Assembly: GCF_009914755.1 (NCBI RefSeq)
Contig: NC_060946.1
Source of the DNA: the human T2T-CHM13v2.0 reference genome, Homo sapiens
Strand: one strand, 5' to 3'
DNA: 64,000 nucleotides
Shown here: positions 62,313-64,000 of the stretch, in pieces
Layout of the letters: every line of letters begins with the position of its first letter
Position numbering within the stretch: position 1 is the stretch's first letter
Made by a program: the position numbers and the translations under genes
Notes under the pieces: model-generated
What the model saw: only the letters and a program-made list of their open reading frames with translations
What the model was told of the DNA's origin: nothing
The model's database searches: none

Positions 62313-63316
62313 TAGATTTACATAATTTCCGCTACAACCGATTTCTAAAAGACAGTAGGCTTTATAATTGTATCACATTTCCATTGTAGTATACTTCAAT
62401 TGTGGTTCTATGATCATATATTTGCAGAAGGTTTTGCCTATTTAGTTTTAGTGCAAAAATTCAGGTTTTTGCATGGAAGCAGGCTGTGCTATACCTCCAA
62501 TTCCCAATTTTGTATTTTGTAGTAATTGCACTTAACCTTACGGAAACTAACAAAATTACTAAGCTTTAAAATTCAGATTAAATTTAAAATGTTGGCTTTC
62601 ATTATACATTCCCTATAACTGTAATTTAGAACACATACCATCTCTCAAATTTGAAAAAAATTTAGAAAAACAACAAAATTTATACATGCTTTACAGAGTC
62701 ATACCTGAGATCTTGAGATTATCTTTTAAATTTAATACACCAAGCTCTTTCCTTGAGGAAAAGTTTTCTATCCATAAAATAATCTGAAATCAGAGTTGCT
62801 TCTAAGCAAACACACTTAAATTTCAGCTATCTATTTAGTGTCATCTAGTAGAGTAGGATTCTTTATTGGAAATATGAACAATTTACCTCTATTTTTGGCT
62901 GCAATATTCTGAGTTTAACCCGAGGAAAAAAAATGTTCATTTTGATTAATTTTTGATTTTTCAGATATTCCACTTTTAGTAGACAAGTGAAATGCTGTCG
63001 TTTCAGACCTTTTATTTTTTAAATGTGATATTCTCTTTATTAAATGTATAAACTCAAAATCCTAGTTATTTTTGAGATTTCAAGTTCATTTTACACTTTG
63101 TATTATTCTAAGAAGAGCACATGCTTGGTTCCATTTACAACCACTTTAATCTTTAAGTTGCATTTATAAATTTAGCATCTTTAATTTCCTTCACTACTAT
63201 TTTAATGGCCTGACCACAATAGTGGCATGTGACCTGAGACCACAAACTTCTCTCTTCCTTTCCTGTATCTCTGAGGTAAACCGATCATCCCAGCTGCAGT
63301 ATCAGCCAAGGAGTAG

Positions 63317-64000
63317 TGTAACCGAGTATCCCAGCCTCGAAATGCATTTTAAAACTTTTTTTTCCTTTCTTGCTTTCAGCCTTGAAACATACTTTGAAAT
63401 TCTTTCTCTTTTTCCCACCAGGTGCTCCCGTGCACAGTGCTGACTTATCCGATTATGTGCTTGCTTAGAAATTTCAGGGGGCAGTTTTGCAACAAGCCAG
63501 GCAGAGAGACCCAGCTGTTGAATCCTCCCGCTCAAGGGAAGTTAGGAAGTTAGTCCACCACCACTGGGCTGAAGACAGGATGACACAAACCAGACCTCCA
63601 GATGGGTGATTACTTGAGATAGCTATAGAACAAGACATGCAGACCTGCATTCTCCTGCACCATGCCCGCATATTTTCTACACCTTTTTCCTTCTTAAATC
63701 CCTTCACTCAGCCCAGAAGGCAGAGACGTTTCCCTTTGAAGCTTGAGCCCAGCCATGGTCCCATCTGCTAGCATTTGACCAATAGAAGCTGCTTTCCTTT
63801 CACCACATACCAAGCTTCTCATGCTTTGACTGCTGAGCGGTGAGCAGCTGAACTTGAGCTGGTTACAGACTTGGTGCCTGAGTGAGGAGGTGTGTGTTCT
63901 GAGCAGCTCAGCCTGTAGGCCTGGTTTCCAGCGAGTGGAGCAGTTGGCCAGGCAGTGGACCAAGGCTTACCCACTGATGGTACCAGGCAGGGCAGGGCCA
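63317..64000 (+). mobile_element. ERV 5' LTR (63317-63867, tentatively LTR47-like) with PBS and start of internal region
   Basis: Terminal inverted repeat TGTAACC...GGTTACA, followed 4 nt later by TGGTGCCTGAGTGAGGA. Confidence 0.7.

Overview
Human (primate) genomic DNA. I recognise it from the encoded proteins as the chr22q13.1 NPTXR-CBX6 locus. Both genes are on the minus strand in tandem. NPTXR exon 1 is CUG-initiated (CDS part 6236-5613) and the first ~5.6 kb of the window is its intron 1. CBX6 is complete: five coding exons from 34567 to 28586 giving 412 aa, plus a ~4.7 kb 3'UTR ending after an AATAAA at 23864-23859. Everything else is intergenic and repeat-rich: about 35 Alu copies or fragments, nested L1/Alu and MaLR/MER4 LTR stacks, MIR/L2 relics, and an ERV LTR with a primer-binding site at the right edge. 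Nearly all other ORF-track entries are Alu-, L1- or GC-shadow ORFs. I found no convincing wholly new biological system. The best leads are regulatory: phase-compatible CBX6-to-NPTXR read-through splicing, non-AUG and leaky initiation of NPTXR, a strong-context uORF ending 5 nt before the CBX6 ATG, an in-frame alternative acceptor and a CTCF site in CBX6, and an unexplained inverted duplication spanning an Alu junction. Repeat subfamily names are from memory of consensus sequences, and repeat boundaries are approximate.
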